Source: Owenia fusiformis (taxonomy: Eukaryota). From it: a stretch of 64,000 nucleotides of DNA. This document shows, one piece after another, positions 37,249-50,700 of the stretch. Position 1 is the stretch's first letter, and each line of letters begins with the position of its first letter. The stretch spans positions 2,852,001 to 2,916,000 of the forward strand of contig CAIIXF020000001.1 in the NCBI GenBank assembly GCA_903813345.2. Reading direction: 5' to 3'. Position numbers and translations under genes: made by a program. The notes beneath the pieces are model-generated. The model searched no databases, was not told where the DNA came from, and saw only the letters and a list, made by a program, of their open reading frames with translations.

Positions 37249-37615
37249 CAGGCCTGTCAACTTGGGGACACCTAACATGAGTGACTTGCAAATGTTGAAC
37301 ACCTTTGGGCAAATTTTGGACACCTTGGTCCAAATCTGGTAGGTACGAAAATTTTCAATTAACATGCGTGACACATACGGGATTCGCGTGACAAATCCGA
37401 ACAAATTGCGTTCGGTTTTTTCCGACGTTCGTATTTTTACCGTATCGTCAACATATTTTGAAAAATTTTCTACAGCAATATTTTTGCGTGACAATTACCA
37501 GGTAAAATGCGTATTTGCGTGACATTTTCTGTCACGCAAAAAAAACTGGCGTGACTTCAAATTCTTCAGCAAATGCGTGACAAATACGCAAATTGCGGGA
37601 CAGTTGACAGGCCTG
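37249..37615. mobile_element. hAT-like MITE with a 6-bp TSD
   Basis: TIR CAGGCCTGTCAACT; TSD ATACAA; sister copy at 54487. Confidence 0.9.
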
Positions 37616-38025
37616 ATACAAGTACGCACCACAGCCTTCTATACAAGTTGTGGACCACTCAGTAAAACACCCTGAAGTACTTAACGCAAACAAGCAAATT
37701 AAGTCTTGCCTGAAACGGGAATCAAATCTGGTACTTGCGCTACTGCTGAGCTATTTAGGTGGACTTTAATATGATTTGAATTTTAGCAAATATGTATATA
37801 TACAGTATATGTAAATGGATATTCCTTGTAAGTCCATTTTTCTCTTGAAATGTTAACTGTTGCCATTTCTACACTATCCATATTTAGAAAAACATGGGAA
37901 AATGTTAAGAAATTGTTCTTTACAGATTTCACACAGAAAGTGATGTCATTGTGATACGTCAGTGTACTTACTGCCCATCTGCACATTAGGCAAGATTTTC
38001 AATATTTATTTCACACTTGTTTCAG

Positions 38026-38152
38026 CATCCAAGGACATCAAAATATCAAAGTTTTCTCGAGATCCACCTAAAGATGAAAGTTTCGGGGATGATTTAAAGC
38101 TTACATACATCAAAGATGGATCTGTTTTCACGACTGAAGGGGCTACCCTCAA
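38026..38152 (+). CDS. LACTB2: LACTB2 exon 3 (...YIKDGSVFTTEGATL)
   Basis: Splice phases fit the neighbouring exons; TEGATL motif. Confidence 0.93.
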
Positions 38153-38280
38153 GTAGGTATAATAAGTGCTATGTTACGTGTTTTTGAAATGTTAGAATCA
38201 CACTTTTTGGTGAATCGTACCTTCAGATTGATCAATGAATGGTTTCATAATGAGGTACATTAAGCACATATGATATTAGA

Positions 38281-39840
38281 CAATGAGTCTCCATCTTTAA
38301 GTCACATATTACACATATCTTATTACACAATGAGCCTCCATCTTTAAGTCACATACTTGATAGAGTATTACGCAATGAGTCTCCATCTTTAAGTCACATA
38401 TTACAAATATCTTATTACACAATGAGTCTCCATCTTTAAGTCACATACTTGATAGAGTATTACGCAATGAGTCTCCATCTTTAAGTCACATATTACAAAT
38501 ATCTTATTATCCCATCGAACGAAGTTCGGAGGGATATAGGGAACGCCTCCGTCCGTACGTCCGTCCGTCCGTCCGTCCGTCCGTCCGTACGTACGTACGT
38601 CCGTCCGTCCGTCCGTACGTACGTCTGTCCATCCGTCCGTCCGTCCGGGCAATAACTCAAATACCGTTGGCCCGATTTTGTTCATATTTTGTACACATAT
38701 ACCCTATGGAGGTAGAAGTTCTGCTTGAAAGCCGATTTTCAAAATGGCCGCTCATTTCAAAATGGCGGCCATTTTAGTGCCGATTTTACAGTAATTTAGG
38801 TGCAATATGTAAAACTGTAATAGCAATATGTTTTAAATGTAAAAAAATTATAAAGGACATTAATAATGCTACAAATGTAGATATTAAAGAAGCACATGGC
38901 AGCCATCTTGAAAAATGGCGGCCTTTTCTCGTCATTTTACGATTTTTGCTGTAACTCAAAAAATAGTGGAGCGATTTTGTTCATATTTGGTATGTGAATA
39001 CTATAAGCATTGCACACTGTCTAAAGACACCTTTGGTAGAAGGCGGCCATTTTGAAAAATGGCCGCCATTTTAACGTATTTTACTATAACTCAAAAAGTA
39101 GTGGAGCGATTTTGTTCATATTTGGTATGTGAATACTATAAGCATGGCACACTGTCCTATGACACTTTTGGTAGAAGGCGGCCATTTTGAAAAATGGCCG
39201 CCATTTTAACATATTTTACTATAATTTGAAAAGTAGTAGAGCGATTTTGTTCATATTTGGTATGTGAATACTATAAGCTTGGCACACTGTCCTATGACAC
39301 TTTTGGTAGGAGGCGGCCATTTTGAAAACAATTTTTGAAAAATGGCCGCCATTTTAACGTATTTCACTATAACTCGAAAAGTAGTGTAGCTATTTTGTTC
39401 ATATTTGGTATGTGAATACTATAAGCGTGGCACATGCCAGCCATTTCTGTTCGATGGGATTCGCTACGCTTTGGCGTTGCCGTTGTTCTGGTTACACAAT
39501 GAGTCTCCATCTTTAAGTCACATATTACAAATATCTTATTACACAATGAGCCTCCATCTTTAAGTCACATACTTGATAGAGTATTACGCAATGAGTCTCC
39601 ATCTTTAAGTCACATATTACAAATATCTTATTACACAATGAGTCTCCATCTTTAAGTCACATATTACAAATATCTTATTACACAATGAGCCTCCATCTTT
39701 AAGTCACATACTTGATAGAGTATTACGCAATGAGTCTCCATCTTTAAGTCACATATTACAAATATCTTATTACACAATGAGCCTCCATCTTTAAGTCACA
39801 TACTAGATATGGTATTACACAATGAGTCTCCATCTTTAAG
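38281..39840. repeat. 47/45-bp minisatellite interrupted by a HINE
   Basis: Constant CAATGAGYCTCCATCTTTAAGTCACATA followed by one of two recurring tails. Confidence 0.92.
38504..39487 (+). mobile_element. Helentron-associated non-autonomous element (HINE/DINE-1-like)
   Basis: 5' hairpin ATCCCATCGAAC..GTTCGGAGGGAT, (GTCC)n microsatellite, ~136-bp internal repeats, 3' subTIR TTCGATGGGAT followed by a hairpin and GTTGTT. Confidence 0.85.
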
Positions 39841-39868
39841 CTCATTTACAATACATGTTATATTTCAG

Positions 39869-39971
39869 GGCAGTGTATACCCCAGGCCATACTGACGATC
39901 ATATGTCATTGTACTTAGAGGAGGAAAACGCAGTCTTCAGTGGAGACACAGTCCTTGGGGAAGGAACAGCA
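39869..39971 (+). CDS. LACTB2: LACTB2 exon 4 ([10 protein letters not shown]...[12 protein letters not shown])
   Basis: Metallo-beta-lactamase motifs PGH and SGD. Confidence 0.96.
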
Positions 39972-40569
39972 GTAAAATTTTTTTATTATTTTTATGAATT
40001 TTGTAAGAGCTCTGATCATTTGTCGGAATCGTCGATTGGCGATCCAAATGTCACTTCGACATCGACATCGACATAAGCGTCCAAGGTCGACATAGAACGA
40101 CATAGAAATAATACGATGATAAACAAAGAACATACCTTAATTTCCCAACATACTTTTATCACTCTTGTTGAGATAATGGTTGCATTATCTAACAGAATTT
40201 ACAGCGAATTTAAATATTGTTTTTTCCCCCATTTTTATATTCTCGTTTCACATCTCGTCTCGTTTTCGATCTCGAGAAGTCGTCTGTAGGTCGATGTCAT
40301 TCTGATCGTCACGATAAGTCATTTTATTCAATTTCGTTGATATTCTTACAAAGTTTTAACTAGAATTGCAATCCGTGTTAAAGATTACTCCCCAGAGATA
40401 TTTTATTTCGAAACTTCAAACACAACTAAGGCCTTGCATGGCTACTGGGCTATTCGAAGTGCTGCAACGGGACAAGCCGGATCCACCGGAAGTGTAAGTA
40501 GCAGAACAATAACAATGGAGGTTCGTTTGTTTATTTACTTCTCGATCTCTAACATACATACGTATATGC

Positions 40570-41221
40570 TAGGGCTGTGCCGGAACCGGTTCGGACGGTT
40601 CGGAATCGGAACCGGAACTTGGTCTCACGGAATCGGAACTTTCGGAACCCCTTTTGGTTCACAAATGAAAATAATTATGTATGAGTGAGTTCGACGGCGA
40701 TCATGACGATATCGTCGTCCAAGTTTGTCAGGTTAACACTTACCTTTCCTGTCAAGCAAGTTTGAATGTTTTTACGAAAGAAATAGACTCTAAAATCTGT
40801 AAAAAGAGAGAAAATTCGATCTTTTTTCTACTTGTTTTCACTTCCGGCTGCTCTGACCATAATGCGCATGCGTAATTGAAAAAGTTTATTTTCATTTATC
40901 TATGAGTATTTTCGCCCCGTCGATTCCTACTTCCAATGAAATCCGAAGGTCAAAGTTCGTAAAACAAAACTTGATTTCTGTTGATTTCTCCGCTATTTAT
41001 TTTGTTTATGCGAGTAATACACATGCAAATTGGATGTAGTTTGAAGGAAAACATCACTGGAGGAACAATGGTCACGGATATTAACGATTCAAAGCAAGTA
41101 CTAAGGTAAGGGTCCGATATTGTTCCGAAACCCTTCGGAACATGATATTAAAATTCCGAATTCCGGTATTTTAACAAAAGTCCGCGGTTCGGACCGATTC
41201 CGGTCGAATGGCACGGCCCTA
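40570..41221. mobile_element. hAT-like MITE (nested)
   Basis: TAGGGCTGTGCC ... GGCACGGCCCTA; 8-bp TSD GTATATGC. Confidence 0.9.
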
Positions 41222-41244
41222 GTATATGCATATTAATCTATAAT

Positions 41245-44200
41245 TTTTTTATATTTTATATTTTCTATATTTTTGTCAGAGGGATTAGCCAAAAAAACAA
41301 AAGAAGCTGAAATTATTCCATGCAGTTGTTCAGATCACTGTGCTGTAATGGTTGAATGGAATGATACTGAGATAAAACGTGGTAAAGGTCATTGGAAATT
41401 CAACAATAGTCATTTAAAAGATATTAATTTTGTAAATAAGATAAACAGTGTAATTCAAGAAACTATAGCAGAATATGTTAATATTGTCAACCCACAGGTA
41501 TTATGGGATACATGCAAATGCATTATAAAACAGACATGTATTGAATTTGGAAAAAAAGAAGCACATGAAAAACAAAAATCTTTAAAAGCATTAGAAGATA
41601 GTCTTAAAGAAGCTCAAGAGATTTTATTTGAAAATGTAAATGAAGAAAATCAAAAGAATGTATTGAATTTGAAATTAAAACATGAAATCTTAACACAAAA
41701 TAGAACCAAAGGTGCACAAATTAGGTCGAGAGAAAAGTGGATAGAAGAGGGGGAGAGAAATACAAAATATTTTTTAGGATTAGAAAAACACAGGGCAAAA
41801 ATGAAATCTATTGAAATTTTACAAGATGATAATGGGGTTAATACAAACAATATGGATGAGGTAATGAACACGCTATATGTATATTATCAAAATCTATACA
41901 AAGAAAACCATGACATCAAATATACTTTAGAAAACTTCCTAGATGATGTTCAAACACCCAAATTATCAGAGAATGAAAATAGACACATAGAAGGATTAAT
42001 AACTGAGTCAGAATGTTATATAGCAATTAAAAAAATGAAGTGTAATACGAGTCCTGGAATAGATGGGTTAACACCTGAGTTTTATAAGGTATTTTGGTCT
42101 AAAGTGAAAGTATTAATGGTTAATTCATTCAACTATGCATTTCAGTCAGGTAGATTATCTAATAGTCAGAGGAAAGGAATAATATCATTATTACTAAAGG
42201 GTAAAGAACTCCCTAGATATAAACTTAAGACTTATAGGCCTTTATCATTAACATGTGTTGATTATAGGATAGGAGCAGCTGTCCTAGCAGCAAGAATCCA
42301 AAAAGTTATTAAAAATTTGGTTAATTCTGATCGAAACTCATATATGAAAGAAAGAGGAATACACTTAAATCTTAGAGTAATTGATGATATTTTGAATTTT
42401 GTGAATGATAATAACAGTCAAGGGATTATGATAACATTAGATTATTCCCGTGCGTTTGATTCAATTTCTAAAAAATTTGTGTTTGACATGATGAAACATT
42501 TTAATTTTGGAGAAGATATGATAACTTGGATCAAAGTATTCAATGCTGATAATTTATCTTGTGTCACAAACAATGGGTTGTACACAAAATGGTTCCCTTT
42601 AAATCAAGGATTACGGCAGGGTTGCCCCCTCAGTAGTTTGTGCTTCATTCTAGCTACTGAAATATTTGCGTGTAAAGTTAGGCAAAATAAAGATATAAAA
42701 GGTATAAAAATATCAAATGAATGTGAAGTGAAATTATCAAGTTATGCTGATGATGTATCATGTTTTGTTAGAGATATAAATTCAGCTCAACTATTATTTC
42801 GAGAATCAGACCACTTTTATCTTACAACAGGTTTAAAATTAAATAAAGAAAAAACAAATGCAATGTGGATTGGCTCAAATAAAAACAACATTGAAATGCC
42901 ATTAAACATAACATGGCAAATAGGGGAAAATGCAAAAGTGAAAATTCTAGGAGTTTGGTTTTCAAATCAATGTTCAGCTGCACAGATTGAGGAGAACTGG
43001 TTACCAAAAATAATTAAAATGGAAACGTTGATAAAAAATTGGAGTAAACGTAATCTCACATTGAAGGGTAAAATTACTCTTGCAAAAAGTTTAATAGCCT
43101 CACAAGTGACATCACTTTTAATGTCATTCAAAGCTCCAGATAAATATTTGGAAAGAATAAATAGTATCTTACATAAATTTATTTGGGGGAGTGAAAAAGG
43201 AAAAAATGACATGGGTTAAGAGAATTGTTGCAATTGAAAATTCAAATTCAAAATGGAAAGAAATAGCGCTACATTACTTAAACAAATTGGGGCATGGCGA
43301 AGATATTTTTAAATATAATACAAATGAGCGAAACCTTAAATCAAAAATAAAGTTAAAAGAAATTCCAGTTTTCTATGAATATTTAGTTAGTATTTGGCTT
43401 AAATATCAACATGTTAACAAGGAGAGACCTGTTAAAAATTCTGAAATTCTATGGAATAATGAGAAAATACAATACAGGAAAAATAACATATATTTTTGTG
43501 AATGGAAAAGAAAAGGAATTAAAATGGTAAAAGATGTATTAAATGAAAATAACACAATAAAAAATTATGAAGAAATTGTAGCGATAACTGGTGCAAGTCC
43601 AAGTAGACTTTTAGAATACAACATTGTAAGAACAGCTTTATCTAATATTATCATCATAAATGGATGTGATAATGACTCTAAATTTTTATACAAAAACATA
43701 AATGTTCAAAATTCAAAATCAAAAGATTTTTATCAATATATATTAAGTCTTAATCAATCAATTCCAAATTGTGAAGAAAAATGGAAAGGTTATTATCCAA
43801 CAATAAATTGGAAAGAGATTTGGAGTCGAATAAAAGCCTTAAAAGAACCAAGATTAAAAACGCTACAATATAAACTTCTACATAGAATTTATCCTACGAA
43901 TATACTTTTAGAAAAAATAAAAATATCAAATTCACCAAACTGTAAATATTGTAATCACATGCTAGACACATATGAACATTTCTTTATACAATGTCCAAAG
44001 ATTAGAGAAATATGGAATGAAGTAGAGAATCTAGTTTTGAAGAAATATTTTTATTACCCTAGATTGAATGTGACTGATAAGTTATTTGGAATCAAATTAA
44101 AATCCAGATCGGAGGAAGTATATATAAATAGCCTAATTGTCATAGCTAAGGTTTGTGTGAGTAAATATAAATATGGAAATTATCCAAATATTTTATGTTT

Positions 44201-44340
44201 GTTCAGAAGTGAAATAGCAATTAGGAAATTGTAAAGAAAATATTACTATATATTGTTGTTGTAGTAAAATATAATGTACTGTACTGTAATCTGTAATATG
44301 TTTATGTAGAAGCAATAAAAAAAAAAAAAAAAAAAAAAAA
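41245..44340 (+). mobile_element. 5'-truncated L1/Tx1-clade non-LTR retrotransposon (ORF2: endonuclease C-terminus, RT, Cys/His finger), frameshifted at ~43200
   Basis: SDH, KGHWKFN, SPGIDG, GLRQGCPLS, YADD and CKYC..H..C motifs; AATAAA plus polyA tail; 10-bp TSD AATCTATAAT at 41235 and 44341. Confidence 0.96.
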
Positions 44341-44880
44341 AATCTATAATATCAATATACAGTACATGCGAGGGGTCGGGATAGACAGTGTATGCTCATT
44401 TTTTACCGGAAGTAAAATCTAAGTTAACTATTTTTGATTTTTTCTTTCAGTCGATACTGTCGTCGACCTTGGGCTTCGACATGTCAACATCAGATTCCAT
44501 TTCGACCAGAGCTCTAAATTTTGTTTACCCCATAGATAATTAACCTCTTGGCATCAAATGGCAAGCTTTAAAAAGAGTATAAGTAAACTTGTTGAAACAT
44601 GAGTGTTGAATCTCATTGGAACAAATTCAGAAAGAAAAGTTCAGATTCATTTTTATTATATTCTCTTTCTATTTTTAAACTAGACAAACATGTATGCTTA
44701 TAGGAAGAATTGATTGAAGGCTGTGATCTCCCATGATGCCCCAAATTTAATTATATCTTTTGTATGTATTTTGTCTCATAACTGTGAAAACCAGATTAAC
44801 TCGACAACATGAAGGCTCTAAATGTCAAAGGTATTATTAATCTTACATTTTAAGATTCAGTCAGTCCCTTAATATTACAG

Positions 44881-45105
44881 GTGTTTGAAGATCTATTTGA
44901 CTACATGAAGTCCCTTGATAAGATTCTCCAGCTGAAGCCAAGTGTGATATACCCTTCACATGGGCGTGTGGTGGACAACCCAATAGAACACGTGCAAGCG
45001 TATATAGATCATAGGAACATGAGAGAGAGACAGATTCTGGAGACACTTTCTGCGCACAGTGGCAAGGCAATGTCAGCAATGGACCTGGTGAAGATCATTT
45101 ATAAG
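44881..45105 (+). CDS. LACTB2: LACTB2 exon 5 (VFEDLFDYMKSL...IYPSHG...KIIYK)
   Basis: 225 nt, phase 0-0; last metal-binding His. Confidence 0.96.
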
Positions 45106-45382
45106 GTTTGTATGGTGGAGACATCTTTTAAATATCAGCTCCTTTGATAACTGCAATATTATTTTGCATGGATGTCCCATGCATAAAAATGGGTGATGAT
45201 AGCTTATCAGTTTCTATCAGACTTTTTCAAAGTGCTTTATTGCTGTCGTTTTATGCTGATTGGTGTTCTTGTGTTGGTGTTTTTCATTTAAAAATTGGTT
45301 TTTGAAGGAAAATTTGTGATTATGTTTAAAATGAGGTGCCAAAAGCATCCATTTATATTGTATTCAGTGCATGTATTTTCAG

Positions 45383-45464
45383 GATGTTCCTCCACACTTA
45401 CACATTGCTGCAGCAGGGAATGTCACGCATCACTTAACCAAACTCTTGAAGGAGGGAACAATAG
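45383..45464 (+). CDS. LACTB2: LACTB2 exon 6 (DVPPHLHIAAAGNVTHHLTKLLKEGTI)
   Basis: HL.KL.KEG motif; canonical splice sites. Confidence 0.93.
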
Positions 45465-47667
45465 GTAAAAATACTTCCATCCTAGTTCAATTGGCAGTTT
45501 GTCTGAGAGAATAATGCATTGAAATGCTCTTGTAAAGTTCAGTTATTTGTTACAAATAGGTCAACTTGACCTGTTTATTTGTCACATGTATACTTTTGTA
45601 TTAATTTAATCAAAACAAATTGAAATTTTGAACTTTTTTCTTCTCAAACTTCTATTCTGAATTCAAGCCATTCAAGATTAGGTCATCAAGCTAGATTTAA
45701 CTTTCTCTCTGATACAGCTCCAGATTTGATTGACAGGTCTATTTTTGCACCTTCCATATTTGGGTGTAATGTATGTGCTGTATTATAACTTCAAGGTCAG
45801 ACTGATCTGGTCACCCTCTAATGCAATTTTAAAACAGAATTTGGACTGAATTTGATCGATTGTCCATCTATTTTTCTCAGTTGTCACTTATTTATAGAAA
45901 AATTGTTCTTTCAAAACATTTTTGGATTTCTATTTTTAACTTAATTGAGAAGTTTAAAGATGTTAATTTAAGAGCAAAAAAGGCTCCAAAACTTAATGAA
46001 ATATGTAGTTTGGATGTTCATTTGTGTCTGTGGATTATATTTTATACCACACACACTTTATAAATACCTGAAATTTGCAATAAAAGTGCCCAAAAATTGT
46101 TGTTTCGAAATTCCCCATTTTTCCTGTATCGCGCTAGTCACGTGACCATTACGCGTAGCAGGCAATGTACAGATATTACAGTACATATAATATGTTCAAT
46201 ATGTCAAACATCAGCGATTCTGATTCCCGGGTTCTGGGAAATGGCTATATAAATCGGCGAGAGGGTGTAATTTGAATGAAGACAATTTAAGGAGGGGAAA
46301 TGTGTGCAAGTATGGCAGTAAGAGAGCAGATATGGGGACTTTAGACAAGAACTATGACGGAGAATCAACTAAAAATGTGAGTTCTGGAATGAAGACCTGT
46401 TGCCATTGACTGAAGATTCCAGCGATCCTATTATCATACTCAGTTTGAATCTAGACGCGGAAAACAGATTATGAAAACAGGTTTTCTGCCAAGTTATCAA
46501 ATTTAGAAAATATGGATCTTGTTTTTGAGTGGCTTAACAAGCATTTAGATACAAGACTTGGCACTATCTCTTGTCAAATACATGCACTGGACTTGCAGTA
46601 AATTGGCCATTGCAAATTGCAAAATCAGATCGTCAAATTAATCGCTTCGTTTTTAAACCTACGCTTCATATCTTCTTCCAAAACTTTAGGATTCGATAGA
46701 GATAAGTTATAACTTGTACAGGAAAAAATGGCAGATCCTACCTTAATTTAGAATCGCTGATTTCTCTGGACAAATTCCGAGAAGAAATTGTTCAACATCG
46801 CGATCACCTCAGACAACATGTCGCGTGCGTGTCACTCTGAACTCACGTGAGAAAATACGGCATCTTGATTGGTTACTACTCCTGTTGTCATGACGCAAAA
46901 AGCAGTAGTAAACACTGAATATGTTAATGAACTGCCATATATGGAACAATTGTCTTTCTGATTGGTTAACTTTACACGCGTCCTAAATGAATATAGTAGT
47001 CGTAGTAAATGATTCATTGATAACTCTGAAAGTGGGCGTGACCAGCTTTATTTTGACACCAAATTCAAGATGTTTCAAATCAAAATGGCCTTGCAAGACG
47101 AAGTTGAAATATCAGCAATTTGATACTGATATGGTCTACGATGGATCAAAATTGCCTGCCCCGCGTCACATGTCACGTGAGCCTATATTTGTTGAAAAGA
47201 GATAGTGACACTTTTTAATCTTAAGTTTATACCAATATTAACACATATCTATTTTTTTCATTATATATTTATTTCTTCATTACATATACATTTGTTTTAT
47301 ACTACATTGATTTATTTTTGCAAAACCTTTGCTATTAGATCTTTAAGTAATCATCATTTTCATTTGAAATGAGGTTTATGCAGTCTTTTATTGGACAGTT
47401 TTGTTAAATAATTTCAAGGGAAACGACAAAAAAATCTTCACTCATGGTGCGTCAAGGTTTTATTTGGTTTAATTGAAATATTGTTGGTATTTTTCTAGAT
47501 ATTGTATATTAGTTTTCTTAGCATCTAGAAGGTAAAAATCCATCAAATCATAGATATTATAAACTCAAGCTCTGCATCCACCCCCTGTGCTCTATTTGAT
47601 ACTAATTATCTCTGTCATTTTTGCTTTGAATCAGTGTCTAAAGATTGACCATTGGTTATTTTTCCAG

Positions 47668-47720
47668 AGCATTCAACACAAGACAATGATGATAAATGGA
47701 CTATCAAATCTAATCTTTGA
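47668..47720 (+). CDS. LACTB2: LACTB2 exon 7 (EHSTQDNDDKWTIKSNL*)
   Basis: tttttccag acceptor in the right phase; terminal KW....L as in LACTB2. Confidence 0.8.
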
Positions 47721-50700
47721 TAGGGTAGGCGAACTCCATGACAACACTACAGTACAGTATTTAGATATTGAAATGATGAATACAGGCCCATAGCCAGGGT
47801 GTTCAAGGGCTCATGCCCCCCCCCTCCCTTCAAATCCAAAAAAACTCTAAGGGCAAAGGTGCCTTGGCCCAGTTTTTTCATTTAAGATCTAAATTGCCAT
47901 GTGTGGGCCATACTTTCATACTTGGAAAATTGTGCCTAAAATTTCAAAAATGGCCCTATTTTTGTACTTAATCCCTCTGGACAATTCTTGTTATGGGCCT
48001 GTAACACATGTATGATTCAAAGTGATTAGACAGAGACAGAAAAACTATCAGAAAGTTAGTTCCACAAATACATGTGCCAGATGGAAATGAATGATTGTTC
48101 TGACATCTATATTTAGTTTTAGTTTATGATAAACTAAAAGCTAATTTCACCAAAGTGGCAAAACTTGAAGAATAATTTGACTACAATATGATTATAATAA
48201 TGATGATCGCCAGCATTTATCTAAATAAATGAAGGATACATTTTTATTAGATCAATATGAGTTGATCAAAGACTTCTCTTAGTTGTCTGCAGGTTGAAAT
48301 GATGAAATGAAAAGTGTCAATTTCTCTTCAGTTTAAAACAATGTTGTCACAAATATGACAAAAATACTGTGAATTCTGTCTTAGAAGAGCATTGCACTGT
48401 CGTCATCTAGCAAATCACAACAGAAAAGTAAATTGATTTTTGGAAGGTTTTGTGATTTCTATCTGATCAAAGTTCAAGATCCTACAATCTGTTGATCATT
48501 GCAAATTCTATTTTTTCTTTGAGGAAATGGAAAAATTGGGATATAGAATTTTTGTCAAACCTTTTAGTCATTGTTAAATGATGCAGATAATTGGAGTCAA
48601 TTAGGAGATTATTGTAAGATTCTTTTATAGGATCAGATTACTCATAAATCCCGGTTGTGTAAATAAATCTATTCTTTCTCATTATTTTGGGCCTTTGAAA
48701 GTACTTTCTGGGCATCTATTTGGAAATAGACCTGGATGTTCTTGATTGCAGTTACAATAAAGCAAAATAGGTCCTGCTGTTTTTTTATTTTAATAAGTTG
48801 TCTCGCTTTACACACTTGTTAATATCACCATGCTTCAAAAGCACATGGGTGCTTATTACATGTATAAGAAAATGTGGTGCTAATCTTTTTATGGAAGGCT
48901 AAACCCAAATATAAGCTACAAACACACTACTTACTAAGGTTTGGACCCATTATAATGCAATATTTGAATTTCTGAGAGTTAAAATTATTAAATAAAAATT
49001 GGCATATTGATCTGCTTCCATTGAGAAAAGCTTTCCAAACAGCATTTTGGGTGTAGGAGAAAATGCAACATATGCCATCTGTATATATGAAAGTTCATGC
49101 GGTGTAATGGTTTTTCAATACTAAACATTGAAGCCTTTAAACATGACTTATGGTAGATTTATGTATTTTCCCCATGTCACCTTGTTAACATATACTATCC
49201 AAAAACAGGGGACAATAAGCTGTTTATATGCCTTACCAAAAAGCAAATATTTGGGTTTACTGTTCTTTATATGAAGTTTTGCTATCATTGTAAATTCACA
49301 CAAAATTAGACAAAACTTGTGATTAATATTATATTTAACAAACTTTATTATGCAATATTAGAAATATATTTTAATATAAATTTTAATTGTTAAGCAGCAG
49401 TAATGAAATAAAAAATTGTCAAAATGTTACAAAACTGAGCATTATGTTGCCTTCAATTATATACAAAATAAATGATGGAATGTGTGATATAACCACATTT
49501 CTACAATATGGTGACTAACAAATAAAAGCACCTTGTATACTCTAGATTGAAAAGATATTAATGGAACTCTTCATTTTGTTATAGTATAACTTTCCTTCAT
49601 TGTGAGGGGCATGTCCATTGGAAACACCCTGGATGAGACTGCCAACAATCCAAAGCCTAATCTACCAATGCATTTCAATTTAGAAGCTTTGTAATAATTA
49701 ACCAAATCAAGAAAATGTTTAAGTACACATACAATAAAACCTGTAAAAAGGAATACCTCTTAATAAAAAAAATGAAGCTCTGAAACACCTGCCAAGAAAA
49801 ACACTAATTTCAGGTACCAAAGGTATTCTACTTTCACAGGTTTTACCGCATGGGATGGCATATGATTTTGAGAGATTTTTTATTGATGAGCTGATATTAA
49901 ATACCAGCATGAGTTGGCGAAGTGAACAAGTATGTATTGATATTATTACAGAGTTGATAAAATAATGCCAAGAAAAGTCATATAATATTAAGTAAATCTT
50001 ATGACGTTTCTTGAATCAATATAACCACATATAAGATTGATCTTTTGGATACCCATATGTATGGAACATTTTATAAATAGGTATAAACAAAATATAACAC
50101 TGTAGAACTTTAATATTTCAAAATATCAATGCAACAATTCCACTAATACATGTAATAATGAGATAATTAATACAAGGGGAGTTCAAATATAAAGATGATA
50201 ATAAAGATAATTCCTAATCTAATAGGAAATATCTAAACACTATCCAAAAGCATACCATAATTTGAGATTTGGTGAAGCATAACTGTATTGAAAGCTTACA
50301 GTAACATGCACTCTTGACTACACTCTTCGCCCCCAAGAAGATTCTAAGTAGACAGGTAAGTTATCTCGGATTCTTGAGGAAGAAACAACAACAATTATAA
50401 TATACATGTATAACATAATAATAACAATAACAGAGGTTTTACATAGGATGAGTGGAAAACATACAGGGCTATAAGCCAGCTTTTGCCAAGGGAGGGGTTC
50501 ACTTCAAAAAATTCCAAGGGGATCACATTTGACAACTTTAGCCCAAAGTCAATTAGGAAGTGTTCATAATGGTGAAAACTGTATGATTTTGAATGAATTT
50601 TTAGCAAACCCCAACCCATGTTGGCTACAGGCCTCACTCAGGGTACCCCAATCAAAAGATTAGTAAAACAAAAAAACAATAGAAAAATTAGAGACTACAG

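Larger units (their letters stand above)
40005..44516. mobile_element. hAT-like MITE hosting a second MITE and a LINE
   Basis: Ends AAGAGCTCTGATC / GACCAGAGCTCTA; 8-bp TSD AATTTTGT at 39997 and 44517. Confidence 0.82.

Noticed and set aside
38401-38685. GRTD-repeat ORF
   Set aside because: Translation of the HINE (GTCC)n microsatellite.
38281-39840. CRISPR-like array (28-nt constant block plus spacer)
   Set aside because: Only two recurring spacer types, eukaryotic intron, no cas genes: a minisatellite.
41650-43212. Minus-strand ORFs within the LINE; likewise the antisense ORFs over the arrestin, MFS and LACTB2 exon 2
   Set aside because: Shadow frames of real coding sequence.
45880-47215. 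Possible TIR element (GTCACT...AGTGAC ends)
   Set aside because: Ends too degenerate and no TSD; not enough support.
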